Origin: Macrostomum hystrix
Lineage: Eukaryota > Animalia > Platyhelminthes
Reading direction: 5' to 3'
DNA: 64,000 nt
Assembly: GCA_950097015.1 (NCBI GenBank)
Contig: CATNEN010000011.1
Coordinates: 3,782,001 to 3,846,000, forward strand
The notes beneath the pieces are model-generated. The model did no database searches. It was given only the letters and a program-made list of their open reading frames with translations, and was not told the origin of the DNA. A program made the position numbers and the translations under genes. Below are positions 24,215 to 36,244 of the stretch, one piece after another (the stretch's first letter is position 1; each line of letters opens with the position of its first letter).

Positions 24215-26104
24215 TATGATAGTACCAAACCCACAGCTTATAAGATGAATTCTAACCACTTCAGGCATAATTACATTTATTTGTTAATTTTATTTCATAG
24301 AGATCCATGCAGAATATAAACCATGAATCTGAATACAGTCTATAGATGTACAAAGAAGAATGAGTAGCAAAATATAAGCCTATTAAATTAAGTGCCACCA
24401 TGCAAACTTTTTTGTATACAATATATATTGGTCCACTATAGTAAAATTGTTTATAACCATATGGATCGACAGTATCTATATTCTATTGAAGTCTAGGGCT
24501 TTAGACTTGCTAGATTTTTGTGTATTACAAAATGACACAAAATTGTTCCAATGGAATTAGCCATAGCATTAAAAACTTCCTAGAAATTGGCCAGCCTAGT
24601 GTCTAATCAGTTTGATGCTCTACCCGACAGACAGCAGCCAAACATTTGGGAATTAAAGGAGTGTATTAGCAAGGAGTAAGCTCTCACTATGCAATAAGCA
24701 GTGGCTCATACAATGGAAACTATCAGAGTCTACTATCCATTGTCTATTGAGAGAACAACCAATCAGCAGATAGTTAGTTAGGCCTACCAAAACATTTAAA
24801 ATTGAGTCCTACACTATTTTTGGATTTCTGTAAAAGTCTATTTACTTTTGTGCACATTTTCCTAGTTTTAAATAGGTCCATAATTCATATTTTGCATTTT
24901 GGTTTTACTTTTGCCTTTTACTAGTTATTTTTTCTTTAGTTGAGCTATTTTAAAGGTGAAAAAAATATGTATATGATAGGTCTACATTCTGGTTTTGTAT
25001 CAATGAACAGAAACTTTCATGTTGCTTAGTTAATTTTTACATAGGCCCTACAGGCTATATATCTTTCTTTATGTCAATACTCTTTCCAAAGCTAAGAAAT
25101 TATTGAATACTTGTTGTAACAGGGGCCTAAGCCTAACTGTTAGGGCTTTTAATACAACAAAAAACTATTTTTTCAGAAATTCAGTACAAATGAACACAAA
25201 TTAAGCTAAAAGAGTAAAGTCTAAAACAAATAGTTTGTGGGGGTGCATTTCAAATTGACAAAGTTCAAGTAAAAAATCAGCCACACTAACCAATCTGCTA
25301 CCATATATAATATCAGAACGCCACGTAAAAATATTACTGATGCAAGAGTTAGGCCTAACTTGAAATATTTATTTTTTATTGCACTTTTTCAATAAACTAG
25401 GCATATACTCTTTAGACTAGGCCTAAATCAAGTTGGTCATAAACTAAAAAGAAGGTGACATATATTCTTAATATTTTACACCAAATTATTCCTAGCAGGA
25501 AAACAGCACTGATGCTATATACACATATTAGTCGTAATAACACACTTTGATCTGATTCAAGCCAGTGTTTTCTGTAAGACACTCAAATTTGTACATACAT
25601 ATGATAGCAGACGAGAGGCGAGCCGACGCTACCGACAAGGCATTAACATTTTTTTTCACTATTTCCATCTTTCTGAAGTGTGCAGCGAGGATTCAAAGTT
25701 TTTTAAAGTTTTCCATACATAAGAGAAAAAAAGCGTTTTTACTGGATTCTTACGTTGTTTAAAATCAAAGTTTAGGTTTTTGCGAAATTTCAAATTTTCT
25801 GCGCATGCACATTTGTCATAAAAGTTCAAGACTGCAGGCTTAATTATGAAAATATATTGCGTATAACTCGCGTCTAATGAAGAAAATAGTAATCTAAACT
25901 AAAATGACAGTTAAATGTGTGCCATTAAGTTCTATGACTCTGATTTTTTCGAAGTAACTCATTTAAAAACCTAAAGTTTAATAAATTGTGTCGTATTCAA
26001 GCTTCATTTTTGAAAGCGATTAAAATAAAGAAGCGAAGCAATTACACAAAAAATCATAATGAAATCTTAAAATCGCATACTCCATCGAAAAATTGCAGAA
26101 AGTA

Positions 26105-26520
26105 CACGCTTACAACCGCCGGTGAGTATTGCCTCGATGGCTCGTTTGCATTTGACAGTAGATATATACTTGTAATATTGAAAGATTATTCAAATAAATT
26201 TGTATCAGGAAATGTGTATTTATTGTATCAGACAGAATAAAACAAAAAATAATTAACCAGAATTTTCGTCCAAACCATCCTTTCAGTCTACCCTCAAGGC
26301 AGCGATCGAGTGGGTCTAGTACAATGGTCAATGTTACCACTGCAATTGTAGAATATGGCTCACAACAGGTTCAAAGCCGAACTGACCTGCCAAAAGTCTG
26401 GCGGTAATCTGGCCTCGATTGGAAGCCAAATTAACGAAAACAACTTCCTATAACTCCGTCTCACCCAATTATATTATATAGAGGAGTATTGCGGGTGGGC
26501 ATGATAAACACAATTATCAC
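26105..26520 (+). pseudogene. Decayed paralog of the C-type lectin gene at 34248 (exon 1 end, intron, exon 2 start)
   Basis: cgcttacaaccgccg|gtgagtattgcc matches the 34320 donor; tttcag|..cctcaaggc...tacaatggtcaatgttacc...ttcaaagccgaactgacctgccaaaag...ggcatgataaacaca matches 34450-34660, with stops and indels. Confidence 0.8.
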
Positions 26521-29500
26521 GCACAAAAAGGACCGACTCTAATTCAGAAGCTATAAATTGAACATATGATCATTAGTTGTTGCATGAACTCCGGTAATAT
26601 TTTCCTATAAAAAGCTTTTCAGCTTTCTAATAACGTTGTAACATTGTCTGCCTTTTTAAAAGTCTGGAGAGATCCCTGTCGATCGAGTTTAGAATGATGA
26701 GCATCGATCAACTTGCAGATACCAAAAATTATATCTTTTATGAGTTCTATGGCCTGATGAGTAATGTGCTACTGCTCCCTTCGCGTTCTTGTATTGTAAT
26801 AAAATGAATGTCCTAGCTGGAGCGGGAGGAATTTTAAAGCTAGCGACTATTCACTATTCACCGGGGTCGGTGTCCTACCAATCGTTTCAATAGCAGCAGG
26901 GAAACTGGAATTAAATAGAGACTGTGTAGCGAGTGAAGCGGAATAGATAAGCGATGAGACCCGGGTGTTCCTCCTGCCCGGCGAAACTCCCAATGAAAAA
27001 GAATAACACAGTATGAACGCGAAGACTCGAATAAATTGATTGGGAGTGAGTTAATCGGTTGTGACTCGCTAAGATTTCAGATAAGAATAGGAATTGATTT
27101 GAATATCGTTTACTTGATTTAAAAGTTATACTGACAGAATAGATGTTCACATGGAAATAAAATATAGCGCGCTCACAGTGAAAAGCAAGTTCGGTTTAAC
27201 AATTTGGATATAACAATTTTACTTAACTGGCCTAATCCGCGCCCTACTCTTCCCTAGAGGCTTCGATTGTCTCTGCATTCAGCGCTGCCCCGACAGATCC
27301 TATCGGTTGGCACTCCTTCTGCCTGACGGCGGAGTCTCCGAAGAGAGCACGTACTGACTTCGACAACAAGCGCCTATCTAGACCACCCTTGCCAGCGGCG
27401 CACTCTCAAGACGCGTAGCGCCGAAAGCTACCTAACTGAACAAGCGGAGCGTGGTCGGGCGGGGAGAGACAAAACAAAGTGGACTTGTTTGCACGTGCTT
27501 CTCACAGTGTGAGGCGGATTGCGGAGAACGATAATTTGCACTGCAAAAATACGCTTCGTTGTATAGAGTCATTTTAACCCCAAATTAGGCCGATCGGCGA
27601 GGTGGATGCCTGGCTGTAGCTTGAGCCAAGGCGACAAATCGCAGTAGACTTGCGACCGCCATTCTGAGCCCCGGGGTAGCTTCTTGCCGAGGGTAGACAG
27701 GTAGTGAGGCCGGGTCGCTCGCTGATTGGCCGGGACTGTAGCCCAGGGGTAGCGCTCGCGGGGTGGTGGGCGTCCGTTCCCCCAGCTGGTCCGGCCCGGC
27801 TTGGCGTGGGTGACTCTTAGCAAAAAACACGTGTCTAAAAATAAGTACTGATCAATCATAACACGGGGAGATAGAAGGGCAAATAAGGTGACACTACAGT
27901 ATAATCCAAAATATTTCCACTCTTTCAGGCTCAACCACTCTCACAAATCAGTTTTTGATTGGTTTCTGTGTCTCACAAAGAATTATTGCTGCTGGGAATT
28001 TATTACTGACTTGAAACAATTCTGTATATTTAGCAATTTTCGAATTCATAGCGCAGATTATTATATAAGTACACGATAGGATCTTATACTATATGAAGCA
28101 TATCATATCGCGTTGTACTGCTTTAAATCGAATATGAGAGCTATAATATGACTATATGATTTCCGAAAGCAGATCAGAGACAAAGTTCATTTCTTTACTG
28201 GTTCGATATCGAAAACTAGCGGTGGTGCCTTAAAGTCGTATAGTGACTTCTGACAACTGTAACAATGAATGTAACGTTGTAACAGCGTCTCATATTCGAC
28301 CGCACTGCAGGCACTATAAGGTCGATCAAATGATCTTGCTTAGGGTAGCCTCCGGAAGGTCGTCACTGCTGCCTCTCGGATTCTAGCTATAGCGGCTTGC
28401 TGACTGTCTGTTTTAAAAGGATTCATCAGTGTTGCTTGTGTGGCTTGATGTGTCATCAGGTAGTCAGTCGGGTTTTTGTAACTGCCAACAGTCTCATTTT
28501 AAACCACAAAAAAACTTAAATAGTAGGCTGCATCGGACATCGATTACTAATAAGGGTGTGCGCTGCACTTTGTTTTGTGTGGACTTAACAATGTCTTGAA
28601 TTGCTCATATTAGGTGAACCGTCTCGTTCACCTCTACCCCGAATGTACGGGCCGACTAAGTTAGCTTATCTTATTCGCATGCTTGTAAGTAGCTTATATT
28701 TAAACCAATACGTTGGAATTGGAAAGGCACGTTCTTAACATATTGACGCCTTATTGACTGCATGAAAGGATATTACAATAATATACTTTAGGACAGGGAT
28801 ATTTTATCTTAAAAAAAACAAAATAAAAAAGGACTAACTAAACTTTGTACCATATCATTTTACTAAGCCCTTTATATAATTCAAGCACATTTAATACACC
28901 AAAACTATTATATCCTTTACCACATCTCGATTGGACTCCAGAATGAGCTCATAAAGAGAAGTTGCACCAACTACAGTCATCAATCGCTGCAGGTTATGAG
29001 GATGCTTTCTTTATCGTAGAGTCAGCAAGTTCTACACCTGCAGCACCTTTTAAAGAGCACTGAGGAACTTGTAGAAATGGCGCTGCGAATGGCGACATGC
29101 TGGACGCGGTAGACTGGGAAACGGCCAGCATTATCCAAGCAGCGCTCCGGGCGTTGCAGGACAGACGGAAGGGCGAGTGGCAAGACGTGCGACATTGCTG
29201 GCTGAAGATCGCAAACTGCCCCATAATTTTTTATAACAGAATTATGTAAAACTGTACTGCATTTGATCTCACAGGATCCAGTTTCTAATTTTGCTTCTCA
29301 GCTTTATTGAAAACCGAGTGCGCTTTAACTTAAATGCAGCAACAAATTAAAAAATGTACTCCTTTTCTTTCTTTTTGCCTCTCTTTTCTGTGTTCGTCTT
29401 TGTTTCCTCTCTTGTCTTTCTCGTTTTTAAAACTTCTTTGGTGCTTCCTTTTTGGCCTTTTTGGTTGTTGCGTTCTATTCTAGTGGGTTTTTGTTTGCCT

Positions 29501-29789
29501 GTTTTTTGTACTTTTGCTTTTTTCCTTTTTAGTGCCACTTGCTGTTGTAGTTGGGGACCCTTTCGAACAAAAATCTCATCGCAGTTTGATTTTATTTACT
29601 TGCTAAAATAATACTAGTATTTTGCGAATTCTTTGTGTACTTTTTATCGTATTTTCGAAAAATTATATTATGTATGTTCGTACCCATACCCGTACCCTAA
29701 ATTTTTTTGTTAATTTATTTCTCTAATATAAACCTCTCGACGTCTGAATTTTCTTGATAATATAGTTTCTGCTCGGGTTTTATGTAGAA

Positions 29790-31885
29790 GATAAAGCCAT
29801 GCTTTATCTCATATAAAACATAGATACCAGTTGCGTTTCTCCGGGATTATATTTCAATATAATCCCGGAGCGCGACTGTCTATGGGCAAACTCGCGCGCG
29901 TGGAGAGAGAGAAACGAGCCGGAAATATAATCCCGGAGAAGCCCAGTCAGTGTCTATGTCCCATATCGTTGGTGAACATTTGAGGGAGAGACGAGCCTGT
30001 TTGGCTGAGGAAGAGGGTAGAGCGGAGCGGACGAGCAAGTAACGCCCATACACAGTCAAACGCAAATCGCTAAAATGCGTAGAGTGATAAATCCGCTTGT
30101 GGATTATTCGAAAGATTTTGTTGGTAACTTTGACCCGAATGTGTTGCCAGCCGCGTTCGTAGCGTCCGTAGAGTCACACCCTGATCACGATATGCGTGAA
30201 CATCAATGGCTGGCCGCTGCGATGAACGAACAGCGAGAATTGGAGCTTGAAGATCTAGAAGGAGTAGAGCCAATCGATGGCGCGCTGAGAGAACTGGAAG
30301 GCACGGACGGAGCGGTGAACAACGGCGAGGCGGATGGCAGGCGTTTCGCTGTAGTCGGCGACATTGGGGTGTTAAACCAATCTGTTCGTCCGAGGGGCAC
30401 TGTCAATCGCAACAAGTGGGCCCTGCGAACCTTCCAAGAGTGGATAACTGCGCGTGGTAGCACCGTCGCCGTGAAGCCCATCACGGAGTTCACCATCGAG
30501 GAGACTAATACGACGCTGGGCCGTTTCATCCATGAGGTGCGAAAAGTGAATGGCGACCGATATCTTGGCGGTTCACTCGTGTCAATCGCCGCTGGACTTC
30601 AGGCGGTCATTCGCGAGGCCAATCCGACTGTTGATCTGTTCAAGTCTGCGGAGCTGCGGCCATTCAGAGACTCCCTGGACGCGGCCATGAAATTGTCAAC
30701 CGCAGCTGGTTCGTCGCTCAACGCTAAGCCTGCTGGAATCCTCTGCGTGTCCGACGAGGAGAAGATCTGGCAGTCCGGAGTTCTCGGCGTGGACGATCCC
30801 GTCCGGTTGACGAAGACGCTCTTCTTCCTCAACGGACTTCATTTCGCCCTGCGTGGCGGTGTGGAGCACGCGGGTATGCTACTGACGCAGCTGCAGGTTG
30901 CAGTGCGCGAGAATGAAGAGTGCCTTGTTTACAAGGAGGCAACGTCAAAGACCAATCAAGGTGGCCTCAATGACAAACGGCACAAACTAGTGGACCGGGT
31001 ATACGTCCCATCTACGTCCCATCTAGGCAACCGCATCTGCCACCTGACATGCACAGCGTTCAAGAAGTTTCTGAAGGTGCGACCATCAGGTGTGGAGAGG
31101 TTCTACCTGCAGCCAGCTAAGAACTGGGAGAGCAACACGGTGTGGTTCACACCCAGACCGATTGGCAAGAACCAATTGTGCAAGATGATGGCCGACATCA
31201 CCACCGACTCTGGCGTGCCCAAGCTGACCAACCACAGCCTGAGGGCAACATGTGCGACGCGCCTGTACCAAGCCGGAGTGGACGAGCAGATTATCATGGA
31301 GCGCACGGGACACCGCAGCGTAGAAGGCGTGCGCGCGTACAAGCGGACATCGATGAATCTGATCAAGACGTCAAGCCTGGTGGTCGACGGCAAGGTGGTC
31401 CCAGAGGTGGCAAGTGATTCGCGATGCGGCGGACACACGTTCGTCTTCAATAACTGCACGGTCGTGCAGAACATCGGGCCAACGAACGTCGGAGTGTCTC
31501 CTGATGGGCCTGTGTGAAGTATCCGCTGTATGAAACTGTGTTTCTCTGCCGCAAAGACAGTTTTGCATATCTCCCTGTCACCCTCATATCGTTGTACTTT
31601 TGTTTTTTTATTACTGGTTGTCGCTCACTGCTATTGAATGACGTTGAGTGGGTTTGCTTAATATCGTCTATGGCTGTAACCCAGCCACGGCTACAAAATA
31701 AAATCCCGGAGAGCGCCAAGTTACAGCGCCATATAATAACTCGCATCCCGCATAATTCGACTGGAAGTCCTTATATCTATGTTTTATTGGTAGATTAAGT
31801 CTGAGGTTTCCGACTTGGATAATGATCACAGTCACGAGTGGCGAAGACACTGATCATTATTTAATTCTGAAACCATAGACATAAG
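29790..31885 (+). mobile_element. Crypton element 1 (boundaries approximate)
   Basis: Intact YR ORF flanked by palindromes and repeated ATAATCCCGGAG and CCATAGAC motifs. Confidence 0.65.
30075..31517 (+). CDS. Intact Crypton-type (DUF3504, ZMYM/KIAA1958-related) tyrosine recombinase, 480 aa
   Basis: Catalytic set present: ALRGG (R), TSKTN (K), NHSLRAT (HxxR), TGHRS (H), RAYKR (Y); C-terminal FNNCT motif; single uninterrupted ORF. Confidence 0.88.
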   Translation: MRRVINPLVDYSKDFVGNFDPNVLPAAFVASVESHPDHDMREHQWLAAAMNEQRELELEDLEGVEPIDGALRELEGTDGAVNNGEADGRRFAVVGDIGVLNQSVRPRGTVNRNKWALRTFQEWITARGSTVAVKPITEFTIEETNTTLGRFIHEVRKVNGDRYLGGSLVSIAAGLQAVIREANPTVDLFKSAELRPFRDSLDAAMKLSTAAGSSLNAKPAGILCVSDEEKIWQSGVLGVDDPVRLTKTLFFLNGLHFALRGGVEHAGMLLTQLQVAVRENEECLVYKEATSKTNQGGLNDKRHKLVDRVYVPSTSHLGNRICHLTCTAFKKFLKVRPSGVERFYLQPAKNWESNTVWFTPRPIGKNQLCKMMADITTDSGVPKLTNHSLRATCATRLYQAGVDEQIIMERTGHRSVEGVRAYKRTSMNLIKTSSLVVDGKVVPEVASDSRCGGHTFVFNNCTVVQNIGPTNVGVSPDGPV

Positions 31886-31887
31886 CG

Positions 31888-33511
31888 CATTATCATATAG
31901 ACTAGCGTTTTCGGTTGATCATTATGTAACGCCCTTAAGCCACGCCATTAAGTAACGCTGCAGTGTCTTCGTGCCATAGATATTGGCTCGGCAGTGAGCA
32001 GGGTCAAGGGAGCGCAGCTCCCTTGGAGATTTTAATTGAAATTCTTGGAGATTTTATCGACTGCCTGTCTAAAATCGAGACGGCTGATGAGGCCGCTGCC
32101 TCAGTTTCTAGTGTCGAGCTTCCAGAACTATCTGATTTACCCAGTGCGATGGATGTTGTCGAACTGGAATCACTGCCGAGCACTACACGAGAATACATGT
32201 TTCTGTATGGCAAAATGTTCATGGAGTTTTTGAAGAAGCATGGTGCTGTGGATGTGAGCGTGATCAGTGACAGTCGCTTGGTCGAATTTCTAAGGTTCTT
32301 TTACTTCTGTAAAAAAATCTGACGGCAGTTGCTATTCGCCAGCTACGTTGGTCTGCATTCGTGCTGGAGTGCAGAGGTACTTGACTCTCGTGCTGAAGCG
32401 TCGAACAAATATTATTTCCAGTGACGAGTTCGCCACTGCCAACCAGATGCTGCGAGTAAAGGTGCGGCATTTTCATGCTGATGGAGGCACTGTCAATCAG
32501 CACGAGCCAATAGATGAAGGTGATTTACAGAAAATGCGTGCTTATTTTGACCGTTCTAGCGCTGAACGGTTGCAAGATGAAGTACTATTTACGCTGCTGT
32601 ATGTCCTGGGCGAGAGAGGTCAAGAACACCTGCCAAGTCTAAAGCAAGTTGGCACGCTCCAAGAAGAAGTCGACGCTGATGGGAATCCATATCTTGCGTT
32701 GCCGCCGTTAAAGACAAAAAATCTGAGTAGCGATCCAACAAAATGCAAGGGAAATTAGCGCAAAAAGAGTCGGATCTCAGGCGCACAGCGGGATTTGATC
32801 CTGCATTATCAGAGTTTGTTACCGCAGAATTCCTCCTCGTTCTTTCCGCGCCCTCTGACTAACAATTCGGGAGGACAAATTCGCTTCTCTGCTACGCAAG
32901 TGCGCGGTGTCAATTGGTTGGCTGCATTCATGAAGCACCTTAGTATAGTGTGTGCAACCTCTCCAAGCAGTACACGAATCACTGCATACGCGTCACGCGT
33001 ATTGCGGATCTTTTCGACAAACGAATGCCTTATGGGTGAGATAATGGCGGTAACAGGACAACGATCGGAGTCCACTGTTCGACGTTATCTCGCACGCAAG
33101 CGTGACAGAACCCTCAGGAAAGTTGCTACCGCTGTTAGTGACAATTTGGCCCCACCAACCCGAGGCGACTACGAGTGCAACCACTAATGCAACAGTCATG
33201 CAGCAAGCTCAAGTTGACATGCGAAGTGTGCAACAGCCGATGTTTGCCAACTGCCTCTTCGATGGGTGCAGGTGCACGTTCAACTTCTAACAAAGAATAT
33301 AAGCTCGTACTTATAAGTATTATAACTGTCGAAAATTAAATACTTTGGTATTCGTTTGCTTTGCTATATCCTCGATCTGTTTACTGTTAAAGTTCTTGTT
33401 GCTTAAATTAATAAAAACCGTGAATTTCTCGCTCATAATCTACGGCAATTTATCGTGACGTAACAGCTTCATTAAAAAATGCATTAAAAAACTATAGTCT
33501 ATATGATAATG
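31888..33511 (+). mobile_element. Crypton element 2 bounded by 17-bp perfect inverted repeats
   Basis: cattatcatatagacta (31888-31904) and tagtctatatgataatg (33495-33511). Confidence 0.7.
31963..33290 (+). pseudogene. Frameshifted Crypton tyrosine recombinase
   Basis: Pieces FLRFFY..KK/DG..YSPATL..IRAGVQRYL, DLQKMRAYFD, LGERGQE, YTNHCIRVT, TGQRSESTVRRY, FANCLFDGC; frameshift at about 32318, TAG at 32756, further shifts near 32960-33045. Confidence 0.85.
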
Positions 33512-34247
33512 TGGTCTCGCCGCGGAATCGAGCTTATGGTGTATGGTATATAAATCGAATTTAAACAGCCAGACACAGCTACAAGACAATTAAAAGTTGC
33601 TTCATAGTTACTTTTGTCAGTTGCTAAAAGATGCCTAAAAGTTTGCTCACAAAAGCTTATCTTTTGGAGGGACATTTAGACATGTTTTAGTCAATTATTA
33701 GTCATTAATCAGACAACTTTTAGTCAACTTTTAGCCAAAAAATTTACTAGGGTAACGCTAGTGTATATAAAAAACAAATATATCGTCGACAATATTATTA
33801 ACGATTGGTGGTGCCAATCACAGAAATTCTAGTGTAGCATGACTGGCTCAATCCAGTTTATTAATTTATGAGATGTGCCATATCAGTGGGTGAGGCTATA
33901 GTTAGAATAGTTGCTAGTCGAACCCAGATATCGTAGAATAGTCAAACCCAGATATTTTCGAATCGAATAAAGTTTTTAGTTTAGTTTTTGTTAACGCTTA
34001 TTGTTAGCGCGACATACTTAACCATTGTTGTTGGTCACAGTTTGTGCACGTACCGTTGATTCAATGCACAATATGTTGATTCATATATTTATTAAAAAAG
34101 CAAGTCTGAGAAATCTAACTTCTGTCGGTTTTCAATGCGTGACAAAAACAGATATTTTAGTAGGAAATTTTGGGTATAAATTGAGCGCAGCAGCATTACT
34201 GACTTTAATATAAAAAACTCGTTTCACTCCTATTTAAACGATTCACG

Positions 34248-35695
34248 ATGGACTTCCTATTGGTTCACTTTCGGTCACTGACTGCCGCCCTGTTGCTGCT
34301 AAGCTGCACAGTATCGCTTGCAATCGCCTGTGAGTATTGCCTTGGTCGGCTGTGTTTGAGCATCCAACTGAAAATTTATTTCATAGCGATCAGGACAGAC
34401 TATAAATAAATAAATAATTAACCTGGCTTTTGGCCCACGATCGTTTCAGACTGCCCTCAAGGCGGCGAGTGGATCGAGTACAATGGTCAATGTTACCGCT
34501 GGTCGAAGACTGTAGCTGAAAACTGGTTCAAAGCCGAACTGACTTGCCAAAAGTATGGCGGTCATCTGGCCTCCATCGGAAGCCATTCTGAAAATGACTT
34601 CCTACGCCGCCTCACCCAATGTAGGAGCGCATTCTATGTTGGCATGATAAACACAGATCCATCTTTAAAAGGACAGACTCGAGGCTACGAATGGTGGGAT
34701 CACAGGCAGCACAACTACACTGCCTTACGGCCCCGGACGAACGACTACCATGACTGCGTGTATTCGAGCACTGATGGAAATTGGTATAATTACCCGTGTC
34801 AATTTTCCTTGACGTACGTCTGCATGGCTCCAGCATCTCAGGTCGGTAACACAACTGCCAACACGGAGACTTCCTCATTGATTGGACAGCAAGGTGCGAA
34901 TAGCAGCAAAGCCGAGGTAGGCGAGCAAGCTCAATTTGGCAACACAAATCTGGCCTCACCAACTGCGACTCAGTCTGCACCTTGGGTAAGAATTTCGAAT
35001 TCCCAAGACAATTTCTTTAAACTCTGGCATAACACTGCATAACTGAGATTGTGTCTGTTGTGGTGGCATCGCAGTGCCCTTCGGGTTGGCAACTGCTGGA
35101 CAACAGCTGCTATTACATCACCCCCAACAAGACCAACTATTTCAACGCCCAAATGTCCTGCCAAGCGATGGGAGCCACCGTGACGAGCATCCTGACTCCG
35201 AGGGAGCACACCTTGCTGACTGTGGCCATCGGCTGCTACTCTCCACGCTGGATCGGACTGGAGAAGGCTCGACCATGCTTCAAGCAGCCGTGTAAGTTTT
35301 GCTGCATGTTTATCAGTGAATTTCTAAGATCAGATTGTATGAGTAGTGATTGCAAATACATTCATTGCAATCACTACTCAGATCCATTCATCCAGAACAT
35401 TCGAAGTGTTCACTAACAAGAGTTTAAACGGCAGTTTACTTAAATATTCTATGGCTTATTATGCAACTATCACTAATTCTGCAACCATGCAGCCAGGAAT
35501 CATTGCTGGGTGTGGATGGACAGAAGCCCAGTCGTGCATCTCGAATGGGCCTCGGGCCAGAATTTGGACAGAATAGACGCCGAATGCGTGATCCTCGATG
35601 GCCAGTGGAAGGTGACGAACTGCTACGGCGAGTATGGCTACATCTGCAAGAGGCACGCCAACGGATTCGGCGACAAGGCTGACGAAGGCAAATGA
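34248..35695 (+). CDS. Secreted two-domain C-type lectin, about 354 aa; exons 34248-34329, 34450-34985, 35048-35291, 35493-35695
   Basis: Signal peptide; CPQGGEWIEYNGQCY..AELTCQKYGGHLASI..FYVGM..CV...GNWYNYPC..YVC; second CPSGWQLLDNSCY..CQAMGATVTSI..WIGL..W..W..CV..W..C..ICK; phases consistent (exon 3 acceptor uncertain). Confidence 0.85.
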
Positions 35696-36004
35696 AGCAG
35701 CGGTTGATTTGATTTGAGAAATCCGTAAATGGTGGTTGTGAAACTTGTGAAACCAAACATTTGTGTAACGTTTAACGCGAGAGTATCAATATAACGGAAT
35801 CGATGCGTGTTCTGAAAATTGCGAATAAACGTTAATTAAAGTTCCTTAGTTGTTATGCCATTTAAGTTAAATATTTATGTGGCCAGAAATGAATGTCAAC
35901 ATGTACGAGAGGTTTTGTTGCAGATACATAGCTGCGTACCGATTTTTTGCCCAGAGGCAGAAGGTTTCATTAGTTTTTGTTTTAATAAAAATAATAATTG
36001 ATTA

Positions 36005-36210
36005 CACCTGCCCTTACCGGGTCACCCTCAATTACCCCAGCTAATGCTGGAACCAATTTAACAGCTGGTTGAACCGAAGCAATGCTGAGTATTGGTTTAA
36101 TGCTTAGTAATGATTTGTGTCTTGCTGAAGGACACAAATTAATCCAGTGGAGTCGGGAATCGAACCCCCGACCTTCAAGTCCTGAGAACGACGCTCTAAT
36201 CACTAGGCGA
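36005..36210 (-). mobile_element. tRNA-derived SINE family B
   Basis: Head cctagtgattagagcg...gggttcgattcccgactccac; body cagcaagacacaaat...ccagctgtta; tail gggcaggtgtaat. Confidence 0.75.
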
Positions 36211-36244
36211 CAACCCACTTACTTACTATTAGTAATTACTTACT

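Noticed and set aside
27585-27830. 7SL or RNase MRP/P RNA
   Set aside because: Only short scattered resemblances; the conserved helix 8 or P4 motifs could not be located. Kept only as an unexplained island.
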